Assembly: GCA_039190745.1 (NCBI GenBank)
Contig: JBCCXZ010000048.1
Location: forward strand, 1 to 31,423
Length of the DNA stretch: 31,423 bases
DNA from: Planctomycetota bacterium
Lineage (GTDB): Bacteria; Planctomycetota; Planctomycetia; Pirellulales; Lacipirellulaceae
Direction: 5' to 3'
The notes below the pieces were generated by a model, which worked only from the letters and a program-made list of their open reading frames with translations, made no database searches and was not told the DNA's origin. The position numbers and the translations under genes are program-made. Shown here piece by piece: positions 11,621-21,558 of the stretch (position 1 is the stretch's first letter; each line of letters begins with the position of its first letter).

Positions 11621-12472
11621 CTACTTGTCGAACCAACGCGTGATCACCCGCATCGTCGTCTGACGCCCGGCGCGGGCGATCGACGTCGTGAGCGGGATTT
11701 CCTTCGGGCACACCGCCACGCAGTTCTGGGCGTTGCCGCAGACTTGGATGCCGCCGGGCCCCATCAGGGCGTCCAGACGCTCGCCGGCGATCATCTTGCC
11801 GGTGCCGTGGTCGTTGAACAAGATCGCCTGGCTAATCGCGGCGGGCCCGACGAACTCTTGGTCTTGGGCCGCGTTCTGCCGCGCCTCGTAGGCCGCGTCG
11901 CTCTCGCCGGCGTGCCGCGGCGTTTCTACCTTGCCGTACTGGGGGCAGGCCTCGACGCAGCAGCCGCAGGTCATGCACTCCGACAGCGGGTAGCGCACCT
12001 CCTGCCTTGCCTGAGGCTCTTTCGGCCCGGCGCCGCGGTTGTTGTAGTCGTCGACCGGCACCCAAGCCTTTACACGCTCCAGCGCCCGGAACATCCGCCC
12101 GCGGTCGACGCACAGGTCACGCACCACGGGGAACTTACTCATCGGCTTCAGCTCGAACCCGCTGCCGTCCTCGGCGAGGAGTTGGTCGACCAACGCGGAG
12201 CAGGCCTGCCGGGTCTTGCCGTTGACCAACATCGTACAGGCACCGCAGACCTCTTCTAAGCAGTTGCAGTCCCAAGCCACGGGAGTGGTGCCCTTGCCCT
12301 CGGCCGTGGTCGCCTCAGCCGCAATCTTCTGCAGCACGCTGATCACGTTCAGGTTGGGCTCGTAGGTCACGCGGTGGCGTTCCCAGTAGCCCGATTTGCC
12401 CGGCCCCTCCTGACGGAGGATACGCACCTCGAAAGAAGACGGAGGCTCGGGGGCCTTGGCGTGGGCAATCAT
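11621..12472 (-). CDS. sdhB: Succinate dehydrogenase iron-sulfur subunit
   Basis: Cys clusters CNCLEEVCGAC...C, CMTCGCCVEACP, CGNAQNCVAVCP; FPVVRDL. Start taken at ATG 12472 (MIAHAK). Confidence 0.93.
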   Translation of the reverse strand: MIAHAKAPEPPSSFEVRILRQEGPGKSGYWERHRVTYEPNLNVISVLQKIAAEATTAEGKGTTPVAWDCNCLEEVCGACTMLVNGKTRQACSALVDQLLAEDGSGFELKPMSKFPVVRDLCVDRGRMFRALERVKAWVPVDDYNNRGAGPKEPQARQEVRYPLSECMTCGCCVEACPQYGKVETPRHAGESDAAYEARQNAAQDQEFVGPAAISQAILFNDHGTGKMIAGERLDALMGPGGIQVCGNAQNCVAVCPKEIPLTTSIARAGRQTTMRVITRWFDK

Positions 12473-12644
12473 GTCGGCACTCGCTCGGTTTCGGACCAGA
12501 AGGCCGCACGAGGCGGCTCTCAAACAAGCAGCAAGGGCATCATAACAGGGCGAATCTGGGGCGTCAGCCCAGTCTAAACACCGAATAAAACCCCGCTGCG
12601 CAACCCGAAAGCCTCTCGATCGGCCGCCGCTTGGGGCATCACGC

Positions 12645-13238
12645 CTAAGGCTTGCGGACGCCCTCAATCATGCTGCGGAAGCTCTTCTCCGCCGCCTCAA
12701 TCGTTGCGGCAGGACCGTACAGTTTGAAGAACCAGGTGCCCCGGCCCTCGGTCGGCACGATCGCCGCCAGCATGCGGTAGTTCGGCCGGTTGACCGCCTG
12801 CCGGGCGAACGGGCTCGGCTTGTCCTGGTAGTCGCCCCGCAGCTCGACGAGCCACACCTCCATCCCGGCGATTTCCTTCTTCTCTACCTTCTTGGCGTCG
12901 CCGGCGATCGCCCCCCCCTCGGGGGACCTGAACTGCCCGACCCAGCGGGCGATGTTCGCCTCGACGCCGCCGCCCGCGGCCATCACCGTCAGCCTGCCGG
13001 GCGCCTCGTCGCCGTCGGCGGCAGGGATCGAAAACTCGCGCTCAATCAAACGGATCTTCGGCTTCACCGCTTTCCAATCGCCGGGCGCCTCCAGCTCGAA
13101 CGCCCCATCGGCGATCGTGAACGGCTGCGACGCGAGCGCCTTGGCTGCCCTGTTCTCCTGAGCCGCGACCGCCCCAGCCTGGAAGAACAGCAACACGAAC
13201 AACCCAACGCGAAACACACCCGTGTGAACAATCATCAT
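12645..13238 (-). CDS. Hypothetical secreted protein
   Basis: Signal peptide, AGGAG RBS, motifs GGVEANIARWVGQF and WFFKLYGP. Confidence 0.8.
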   Translation of the reverse strand: MMIVHTGVFRVGLFVLLFFQAGAVAAQENRAAKALASQPFTIADGAFELEAPGDWKAVKPKIRLIEREFSIPAADGDEAPGRLTVMAAGGGVEANIARWVGQFRSPEGGAIAGDAKKVEKKEIAGMEVWLVELRGDYQDKPSPFARQAVNRPNYRMLAAIVPTEGRGTWFFKLYGPAATIEAAEKSFRSMIEGVRKP

Positions 13239-13333
13239 CTGCTCCTAGTGAGGCAAATCCCCTCGAAGACCAAATCGCCGCGAAGGCGAACCGACAGCAT
13301 ACCGCAGACTCCACTCGCTTCGGGCGCAAACGT

Positions 13334-14074
13334 TTAGAGCGATAGCACCACCACCAGCATCAGCCCCAGCACAAGCACCACCGCCGTCAGCAACACGGTC
13401 GCCTGCTTCCGCCGCAGTTTCAGCTGCTGGCGTCGATTGCGGACCGCCGCGGACGGAAGCGGAACCGCGGGCTCCTCGACCTCGATCACCGCCGAGGCTT
13501 GCGCGGCCGTTGCCGGCGAATCGTTGGCCTGCTCATCAGTCGAGGCAGTCGCAGCGGCTGCCGACGGCGCCCCCGGCGCCTCAACGTTGAAGGCACGCTC
13601 CGCCGCTTCGCCGGGTTGCCACTCCGCCCAGCCGGTGCGCCACACCAAGCTGTCGGCGACCACCCTGCCCTCTTCCAGCCAGCCGCGCATCGTGCCGGGG
13701 TCGGCAGGGCCGAGCCGCTCGCCGCTGGGCAACTCAACGTACCAGACGATCTCTGCTGCAGGCGGCTCGGCCACGGGCGCCGCCTCGGCGACCTCCGCTG
13801 GAGGCTCCGCTTGAACGACGGCTTCGGAGACCGGCTCGACTGCAGGCTCAGCGACCGGCTCGGCCACAGCTTCGGGGGCTGCCGCCGATTGCGGCTCGAC
13901 CCCCGATGCCGCGGCAGCGGCTGCAGAGGCCGCTTCTTGACGGCGGCTGGGGATGGTCGACATCAGCGGGATCTCGAAGCGCGCACCGCAAACGGGGCAG
14001 ACCCCGCGCTTCCCGGCGAGCTCCCGTTTCACGTTCAGCCGGTGCCCATTCGGGCACAGAAAACGGATCCCCAT
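13334..14074 (-). CDS. Zn-ribbon plus GYF_2 (DUF4339)-like membrane-anchored protein
   Basis: N-terminal CPNGH...CPVC, A/E/P-rich linker, WYV...LGP...W...GRV..DSLVWRTGWAEW, C-terminal TM helix. Start taken at ATG 14074. Confidence 0.8.
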   Translation of the reverse strand: MGIRFLCPNGHRLNVKRELAGKRGVCPVCGARFEIPLMSTIPSRRQEAASAAAAAASGVEPQSAAAPEAVAEPVAEPAVEPVSEAVVQAEPPAEVAEAAPVAEPPAAEIVWYVELPSGERLGPADPGTMRGWLEEGRVVADSLVWRTGWAEWQPGEAAERAFNVEAPGAPSAAAATASTDEQANDSPATAAQASAVIEVEEPAVPLPSAAVRNRRQQLKLRRKQATVLLTAVVLVLGLMLVVVLSL

Positions 14075-14248
14075 TGCTGCACCGCTGCCAGCTAGATTCC
14101 TCTCTCCGAACCTCTCAAAGGCCAATGGGCCCTTAGAAAAAGGATAGTCCAACCGCTGCAGAAGCACGAGCCGCCGCAGACCCACGCCCGCCCGCAAGCT
14201 ATATTCTGGCTCAGCTCTATCGGCTCGTCCCACAGGCCCCCGCGCAGC

Positions 14249-15040
14249 ATGTCGCTCTGGCAAACCATCGTCCTCGCCGTCGTGCAGGGGCTCACAGAAT
14301 TCCTCCCGGTCAGCAGCTCCGGGCACATCGTCGTGGCCAACGCGCTCCTCACGGCGCTGGGCGGCGAGCCGGTCGAAGACCTGGTCGAGGTCAGCATCGT
14401 CCTGCACCTAGGCACGCTCGCCGCCGTGCTGGCCTACTATCGCCGGGAGATCGCCCGGCTGCTGACCACCGACCGCAACGTCGTGCCGCTGCTGATCGTC
14501 GGCACCATCCCCGCCGCGGTGATCGGCATCGTCCTCAAGAAGGGCCTCGACGCCGACGCCGTGCTCGAGAACGTCCTGCTGGCTGGCTGCTGTTTCCCGG
14601 TCACAGCGGCGTTGCTGTGGTGGTCGTCCCGCCGCACGCCGGGCGACGCCCACTACAATCAGCTCACCTCGCTGGGCGCGCTGGGCATCGGCGCGCTCCA
14701 AGCGTTCGCGCTCCTGCCGGGCATCTCGCGGAGCGGTTCCACGATCGCCGCCGGACTCTTCGCGGGACTCAGCCGCGAGTCGGCCGCCACGTTCGCTTTC
14801 CTCCTCGCCATCCCGGCAATCGCCGGCGCTGGCTTGCTCGAATCGATCGACGCCCTCAAAGGCGAAACCTCCGGCACGCCGCCGATGAACCTGGCAATCG
14901 GCTTCGTCGTGTCGATGCTCGTCGGCTACGCCGCGCTCGCGCTCTTGATCCGCTTCGTCCAACGCGGCCAGCTCGCACGCTTCGCGTGGTACCTCGTCCC
15001 GCTCGGCGCAGCAGTCATCGCCTGGCAGCTAGTGGCCTAG
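14249..15040 (+). CDS. uppP: Undecaprenyl-diphosphate phosphatase (BacA family)
   Basis: QGLTEFLPVSSSGH, HLGT and PGISRSGST motifs; polytopic membrane protein. Confidence 0.96.
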   Translation: MSLWQTIVLAVVQGLTEFLPVSSSGHIVVANALLTALGGEPVEDLVEVSIVLHLGTLAAVLAYYRREIARLLTTDRNVVPLLIVGTIPAAVIGIVLKKGLDADAVLENVLLAGCCFPVTAALLWWSSRRTPGDAHYNQLTSLGALGIGALQAFALLPGISRSGSTIAAGLFAGLSRESAATFAFLLAIPAIAGAGLLESIDALKGETSGTPPMNLAIGFVVSMLVGYAALALLIRFVQRGQLARFAWYLVPLGAAVIAWQLVA

Positions 15041-15048
15041 AAGAAATC

Positions 15049-15130
15049 GGTGCCATGCCCACGAGTGGGCATGCTCAAAGCGCACTCGGCACTAGTCCCT
15101 GCATGGCCACGCGAGCGGGGCCATGGCACC
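15049..15130. repeat. Inverted REP-like doublet (GGTGC + hairpin family)
   Basis: GGTGCCATGCCCAC-GA-GTGGGCATGC (15049-15074) and inverted GCATGGCCACGCGAGCGGGGCCATGGCACC (15101-15130), between convergent genes. Confidence 0.7.
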
Positions 15131-15154
15131 CGTTATTCGGCAAGCCAGCACGGC

Positions 15155-15382
15155 CTACCAGTAGTAGCCGGGGTGACCGACACCTACACCGACGCCGACG
15201 CCCACCACCACGCGTGGGCGAGCCACGTACGGGCGGTAGTACACACGGCGACGCACCGGGGCGGTCACCACACGGGCCACCGGACGGGGCCGGTAAAACC
15301 TACGATACGCCTCAGCCGGCTGCGTATCCGCAATCACAAAGCCGCCCGCCAGGACGGCCAACACCATCAAACGCCTCAACAT
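15155..15382 (-). CDS. Small secreted Arg/Tyr/Val-rich protein (75 aa)
   Basis: GGAGGA RBS, signal peptide ending AEA, cationic 50-aa mature part ending GVGVGVGVGHPGYYW. Confidence 0.75.
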   Translation of the reverse strand: MLRRLMVLAVLAGGFVIADTQPAEAYRRFYRPRPVARVVTAPVRRRVYYRPYVARPRVVVGVGVGVGVGHPGYYW

Positions 15383-15537
15383 CGCATCCTCCTCCGCATT
15401 TCGGTTTCCGGGCCGCCGCGAGCGCACCGAATCAGCCAGCGCTCGCCGGCAGCCACTGAGCAGGCGTGTAACCCTCACTGTACGCCTCCTGAGGCCGATA
15501 TGGCTATGGCTCGGCTAGACCAAAGCCCTCGCCAATG

Positions 15538-15605
15538 GCTGCCAGTTTGGCAGCGACACACTGTGAAAACAGCATTCAGGCAGCCCCACTCGCCACTTTG
15601 GCAGC
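15538..15605. promoter_or_regulatory. Two GCCA-N3-TGGCAGC palindromic sites (candidate activator binding sites)
   Basis: GCTGCCA-GTT-TGGCAGC (15538-15554) and CTCGCCA-CTT-TGGCAGC (15589-15605), 51 bp apart. Confidence 0.55.
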
Positions 15606-15672
15606 GTCCGATCCGCTGCAATTTCTGAGCTAATCCGCTACCCAATAAGGCTTTGCCGCGATCGGGCGCCTT

Positions 15673-15688
15673 TGGCGCGCTGGTTGCA
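15673..15688 (+). promoter_or_regulatory. Putative sigma54 (-24/-12) promoter of groES-groEL
   Basis: TGGCGC-GCTGG-TTGCA: exact GG-N10-GC spacing, one mismatch to TGGCAC-N5-TTGCW. Confidence 0.65.
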
Positions 15689-15907
15689 ATCCAACCCCAC
15701 CTGCCTGCGGGATCGATCTGCGCCCGCCCGGCAGACCACCGCTTCCCATCGGGACGAGCCCCGCAAGGCCCGCCGGCCAACCCGACAGCTCGGACCGCCC
15801 AGCCTCAGAGGCCCAGCCCTAGGGGCATAGCCGCACAAGCGTACTAGGTTCGCCCAAACTCAATCCCCCCAGGCCCAACACAGCTCAGCCGTAAGGAGCC
15901 CCAGCAC

Positions 15908-18014
<2,107 letters not shown>

Positions 18015-18019
18015 TCCGC

Positions 18020-18049
18020 GTGCCACTGGCTGCTCGCCAGCCAGTGCCA
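18020..18049 (+). repeat. REP-like hairpin (GTGC + stem family)
   Basis: GTGC-CACTGGCTG-CTCGC-CAGCCAGTG-CCA just after the groEL stop. Confidence 0.55.
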
Positions 18050-18070
18050 ACGCAAACGGTGGGACGTTTC

Positions 18071-18106
18071 AAACCCCGGTCGGCCGATAGGCCGCCCGGG
18101 GTTTTT
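18071..18106 (+). terminator. Intrinsic terminator of groESL
   Basis: AAACCCCGG-TCGGCC-GATA-GGCCG-C-CCGGGGTTTTT. Confidence 0.85.
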
Positions 18107-18121
18107 CTTGGAGTGAACGAC

Positions 18122-18919
18122 ATGATTGAACTAACTACCGAGAAGAGCGTCCGTCAGGCTCGAAACCTCGACTTCTGCTATCTCTGCGGCGGTGACTTCT
18201 CAGACGATGATGGCCTGGAGAATTGCCCCGATCACGTTCCACCGAAGACCGTTTTCGCAGCGGAGTCTCGTGATTACCCGCTGAAAGTAGCCTGCCATCG
18301 TCGATGCAATGCCGAACGCAGCCAGGCAGATGAGCAGATCGGTCAGCTATTCACCCACGTGCATGAACGAACTCCCAGGAACATAAAAGACATCCGTTTG
18401 AAACTATCAACTGGCATTCCGAGTGACAGCCAAGACCAAATAGGGCTGATCACCGGGACGGACGTGCATGCTGAAGTTTGGAGGTGGGTACGAGCATTTC
18501 ACGCATCTCTCTACCGTGAGTTCCTTCCGGCCACGACGAGAAAGCAATTGGACTTGCCATTGGCGCAGTTTACAGAGGAACAGGGGGAGCTTGTTCAAGC
18601 TCCCATATCTCAACTCTACCTCCAACGATCCTACGCCTTGAGCGCGCACCTAAACGTGGATCGCGTAGACGAGATAAGGGCAAACGACGGTGCCTTGAGG
18701 TACATGTGTTTCTGGACGCAGCAGTCTGAACGCTGCGACTGCATATTTGCACTGCAGTTAAGCGGGTTCAAGAGTCTGGGGGACATCGGCCAGGGCGAGC
18801 GCGCCTGCATCGGCCAGTACTCAACCGTTAGAGATGCACCGCCGAACGGCAGTGCGGGCGAGATTCGGTTCCCGATTCGAAACTCTTCGGCCGATCCTTA
18901 CGATCCCTTTGCGGAGTGA
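18122..18919 (+). CDS. Hypothetical protein with N-terminal HNH-like Zn/nuclease motif; atypical composition
   Basis: GGAG RBS and ATG 18122; CYLCG...DHVPP...CHRRCN; many A/T-ending codons and lower GC than flanks. Confidence 0.72.
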   Translation: MIELTTEKSVRQARNLDFCYLCGGDFSDDDGLENCPDHVPPKTVFAAESRDYPLKVACHRRCNAERSQADEQIGQLFTHVHERTPRNIKDIRLKLSTGIPSDSQDQIGLITGTDVHAEVWRWVRAFHASLYREFLPATTRKQLDLPLAQFTEEQGELVQAPISQLYLQRSYALSAHLNVDRVDEIRANDGALRYMCFWTQQSERCDCIFALQLSGFKSLGDIGQGERACIGQYSTVRDAPPNGSAGEIRFPIRNSSADPYDPFAE

Positions 18920-18924
18920 CGCCA

Positions 18925-18955
18925 GGTGCTACTGCTGGCTCGGCCAGCAGTGCCA
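18925..18955 (+). repeat. REP-like hairpin (GGTGC + stem family)
   Basis: GGTGCT-ACTGCTGGC-TCG-GCCAGCAGT-GCCA, 5 bp after the stop of the HNH-like gene. Confidence 0.55.
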
Positions 18956-19037
18956 CCCAGCCCCTCCCGGAAGGGACGCAAAACCCAGGGTTTTTCTAAC
19001 CAACCCCAACCCTTTACGCACGTCCAGCCCCAAACAA

Positions 19038-19066
19038 TTGCACCCGGCCGCAACCACGACTAAACT
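19038..19066 (+). promoter_or_regulatory. Putative sigma70 promoter of the FG-GAP PEP-CTERM gene
   Basis: TTGCAC-N17-TAAACT, about 85 bp upstream of the start. Confidence 0.5.
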
Positions 19067-19150
19067 GCCGGCGCTTTCCGTTTCTCGCCGCCGGCTCCAC
19101 ACCCGCGCCGCCTCCGCTCCCGGCGCCCGCCAACCGCAAAGGGCTCGCTC

Positions 19151-20344
19151 GTGTTCCGAACCGCCCCGCTGCTCCTCACCCTCGCCTCCCTCCCGGCCAC
19201 CGCCGCCGCCCAAGGCTCGCTCAACCCCTTCTTCCAGTTCGGCAGCGGCTTCGCCTCGGCCAGCGGATCGCTGGGCGACTCTGTCGCGATCGACCGCAAC
19301 GGAGACTTCGTCGCCATCGGCAGCAGCGACGGCGCGTTCCTCTACAACGTGGGCAACGGCTCGGTCGTCGAGATCAGTAACCCCAACTTCCAGTTCAACG
19401 GCTCGGTCGATATCGACAACGGGCGGACCGTTGCCGGGCTCGCCGGGGCCGTAGGGGTTTTCGGGCCCGACGGTCAACTCCAGGACGTGATCGACCGCCC
19501 AGTACCCTCCAGCACCTTCGGCAACGACGTGGCGATCGACGGCGACCTCGTCGCGATCGGCGACCTCGGCCTCGACGTCAACGGCGAAGAAACCGCGGGG
19601 GCCGTCTTTATCACCGACCTCACCGGCGCCACCGGCCCAACACCCATCCAGTTAGGGGCCTCGCTGGTCGATGTCGGCGACCTCCTGGGAATCTCGGTCG
19701 ACGTCAGCGGCCAACGCATTATCGGCGGGGCGCCCAACCTTGGGTTCCAAGACCCCGTCACCGACTTGCCCACCGCCTACGTGTTCGACGCACGCGGCAA
19801 CACTATCGACCTGGGCGCCGGCCTCATCACCCAGGACAACGCGTTCGGCTGGTCGGTTGCGATCTCCGGAGACCTCGCCATCGTCGGGGCGATCTCGTTC
19901 AACGAGTCCCCCTCCTCCCCATTTAGCGGGCCGGGCGCCGCTTTCGTCTTCGACCTGGCCAACGGCGGAGCCCTCGTCTCGCGGTTGTCCATCGACGGCC
20001 TGACGCGCGGAGACAACCTCGGCTTCTCAGTCGCCATCGACGACCAAACCGGGCGGGCCGTGGTGGGCGCGACCAGCAGAAACTCGCCCGGAATGGCCTA
20101 TGTGTTCGACGCCTTTACCGGCGACGTGTTGTACGAACTCAACAACCCCACCCCCAACGTCCGCGACAGCTTCGGCGATTCGGTCGACATCTTCGGAGAC
20201 CTGATCGTCGTCGGCGCAACGGGCGTCGACGACTTCGGCGACAACGCCGGAACGGCCTTCTTCTTCCGCATCCCCGAGCCCGGTACGGCGCTGCTCGCGA
20301 TGCTCACCGGGTGCGTCGTCCTGGCGACCCCCCGCCGCCGCTGA
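19151..20344 (+). CDS. FG-GAP-repeat (beta-propeller) PEP-CTERM protein
   Basis: Signal peptide; repeats FGxxVAIxGD...VGA...GxAYVF; C-terminal IPEP-hydrophobic-RRR. Confidence 0.9.
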   Translation: MFRTAPLLLTLASLPATAAAQGSLNPFFQFGSGFASASGSLGDSVAIDRNGDFVAIGSSDGAFLYNVGNGSVVEISNPNFQFNGSVDIDNGRTVAGLAGAVGVFGPDGQLQDVIDRPVPSSTFGNDVAIDGDLVAIGDLGLDVNGEETAGAVFITDLTGATGPTPIQLGASLVDVGDLLGISVDVSGQRIIGGAPNLGFQDPVTDLPTAYVFDARGNTIDLGAGLITQDNAFGWSVAISGDLAIVGAISFNESPSSPFSGPGAAFVFDLANGGALVSRLSIDGLTRGDNLGFSVAIDDQTGRAVVGATSRNSPGMAYVFDAFTGDVLYELNNPTPNVRDSFGDSVDIFGDLIVVGATGVDDFGDNAGTAFFFRIPEPGTALLAMLTGCVVLATPRRR

Positions 20345-20508
20345 AGTTCGGCAAGCGGGTCGCCGCCGGTTAGCGCGACCGAATCGACCCGCGGGGCAGC
20401 ACGGGATAACCTCGCGGGCAATGTTGCCTACCTCACCGTCGGCGAAGGGGATCCGTAATATCTTGGGGCTTGAGATGTTCTTTCAACCGCCGCCCCCAGA
20501 GACAACGC

Positions 20509-21276
20509 ATGCCCCGTCTGCTGATCGCCGTGCTCGCCTTCACTCTCCCCGCCCTCCCCTGCCGCGCTATCGAAGCCGAGTACGAGATCGCCTTCGAGAA
20601 CCTCTGGAACCCTGCCGAGCACCCGCTCAACTACCCGGGTACCGCACACTTCACCGCCCTGGTCGGAGCCTCGCACAGCGACGCAATCAGCTTCTGGTCC
20701 CCCGGAGTGCTCGCCAGTCGGGGGGTCGAGCTGGTCGCCGAGTTAGGAAACTCCGGCGGTCTGTTCCGCGGCGAAGTGAGCCCCGCGATCCGCAACGGCC
20801 TGGCCCGGGATGCAATCAATACCGGCGAAGACATTTTCCTCGGCGAGACCAGCACCGGAACCACGTTCACCGTGACCAGTGAGTTCCCGCTCGTGACACT
20901 GCTCTCAATGGTCGCCCCCAGCCCCGACTGGTTTGTCGGCATCCACGACGTCGACCTCCGCGAGGGCGGCACGTTCGCCGAAGAGAAGGTCTTCGAGTTC
21001 AACTCCTTCTACGACGCGGGCACCGAAGAAGGAACAGCCTTCTCACTCTCCAACCCAGACACCGTTCCGCCGCAACCGATCCGCGCAGTCGCCGGCGCCG
21101 AAGCGGCCCGGCAATTCATTAGCCCCGCCGCAAACGCCGCAACACCGATCCCACCGATCACGCGGATCACCCTCACCCGAGTCTCGCTCAGCGTGCCCGA
21201 ACCCACTACCTCAGGCATACTCCTGGTCGGTTTGTTTGCGGCGGCGGTGCAGCGCCCCAAAAGGCACGCAAAGTGA
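20509..21276 (+). CDS. Spondin_N-domain PEP-CTERM protein
   Basis: Signal peptide; HFTALVGASH, SMVAPSPDWFVG, YDAGTE spondin motifs; VPEP-TM-basic tail. Confidence 0.9.
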   Translation: MPRLLIAVLAFTLPALPCRAIEAEYEIAFENLWNPAEHPLNYPGTAHFTALVGASHSDAISFWSPGVLASRGVELVAELGNSGGLFRGEVSPAIRNGLARDAINTGEDIFLGETSTGTTFTVTSEFPLVTLLSMVAPSPDWFVGIHDVDLREGGTFAEEKVFEFNSFYDAGTEEGTAFSLSNPDTVPPQPIRAVAGAEAARQFISPAANAATPIPPITRITLTRVSLSVPEPTTSGILLVGLFAAAVQRPKRHAK

Positions 21277-21558
21277 GTCGCGTGAGCGAGACGAGTGTGC
21301 TACGCCGGCGCCAACTCTAGCTATCGGCGCTGTGTCCCGCTCTGCAGGGCGTTTGACTCACTCCTGCTCCGCGACGTCCTTCTACCAAGTGATGCACGAG
21401 ACACGAATCTGGCCGCGCACTTTTTCGTAGAAAGTGGCCGCGCGATCTGATAAACAAGTCTCTGCCGACCGTTCTCCGCGCAGCGCCTAACAAGGCGCAA
21501 CGCGCGCGGAAAAACTCGACACGTTTGGACGCAAACTCACACCGATCCCAAGCCTGCC

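Noticed and set aside
18955..19000. GGGACGCAAAACC resembling the core of a c-di-GMP-I (GEMM) riboswitch
   Set aside because: The upstream GGCAAA/GAAA-loop stem is not evident, the site lies upstream of the predicted promoter, and it is better explained as a degenerate copy of the groEL 3' region. An Infernal search would settle it.
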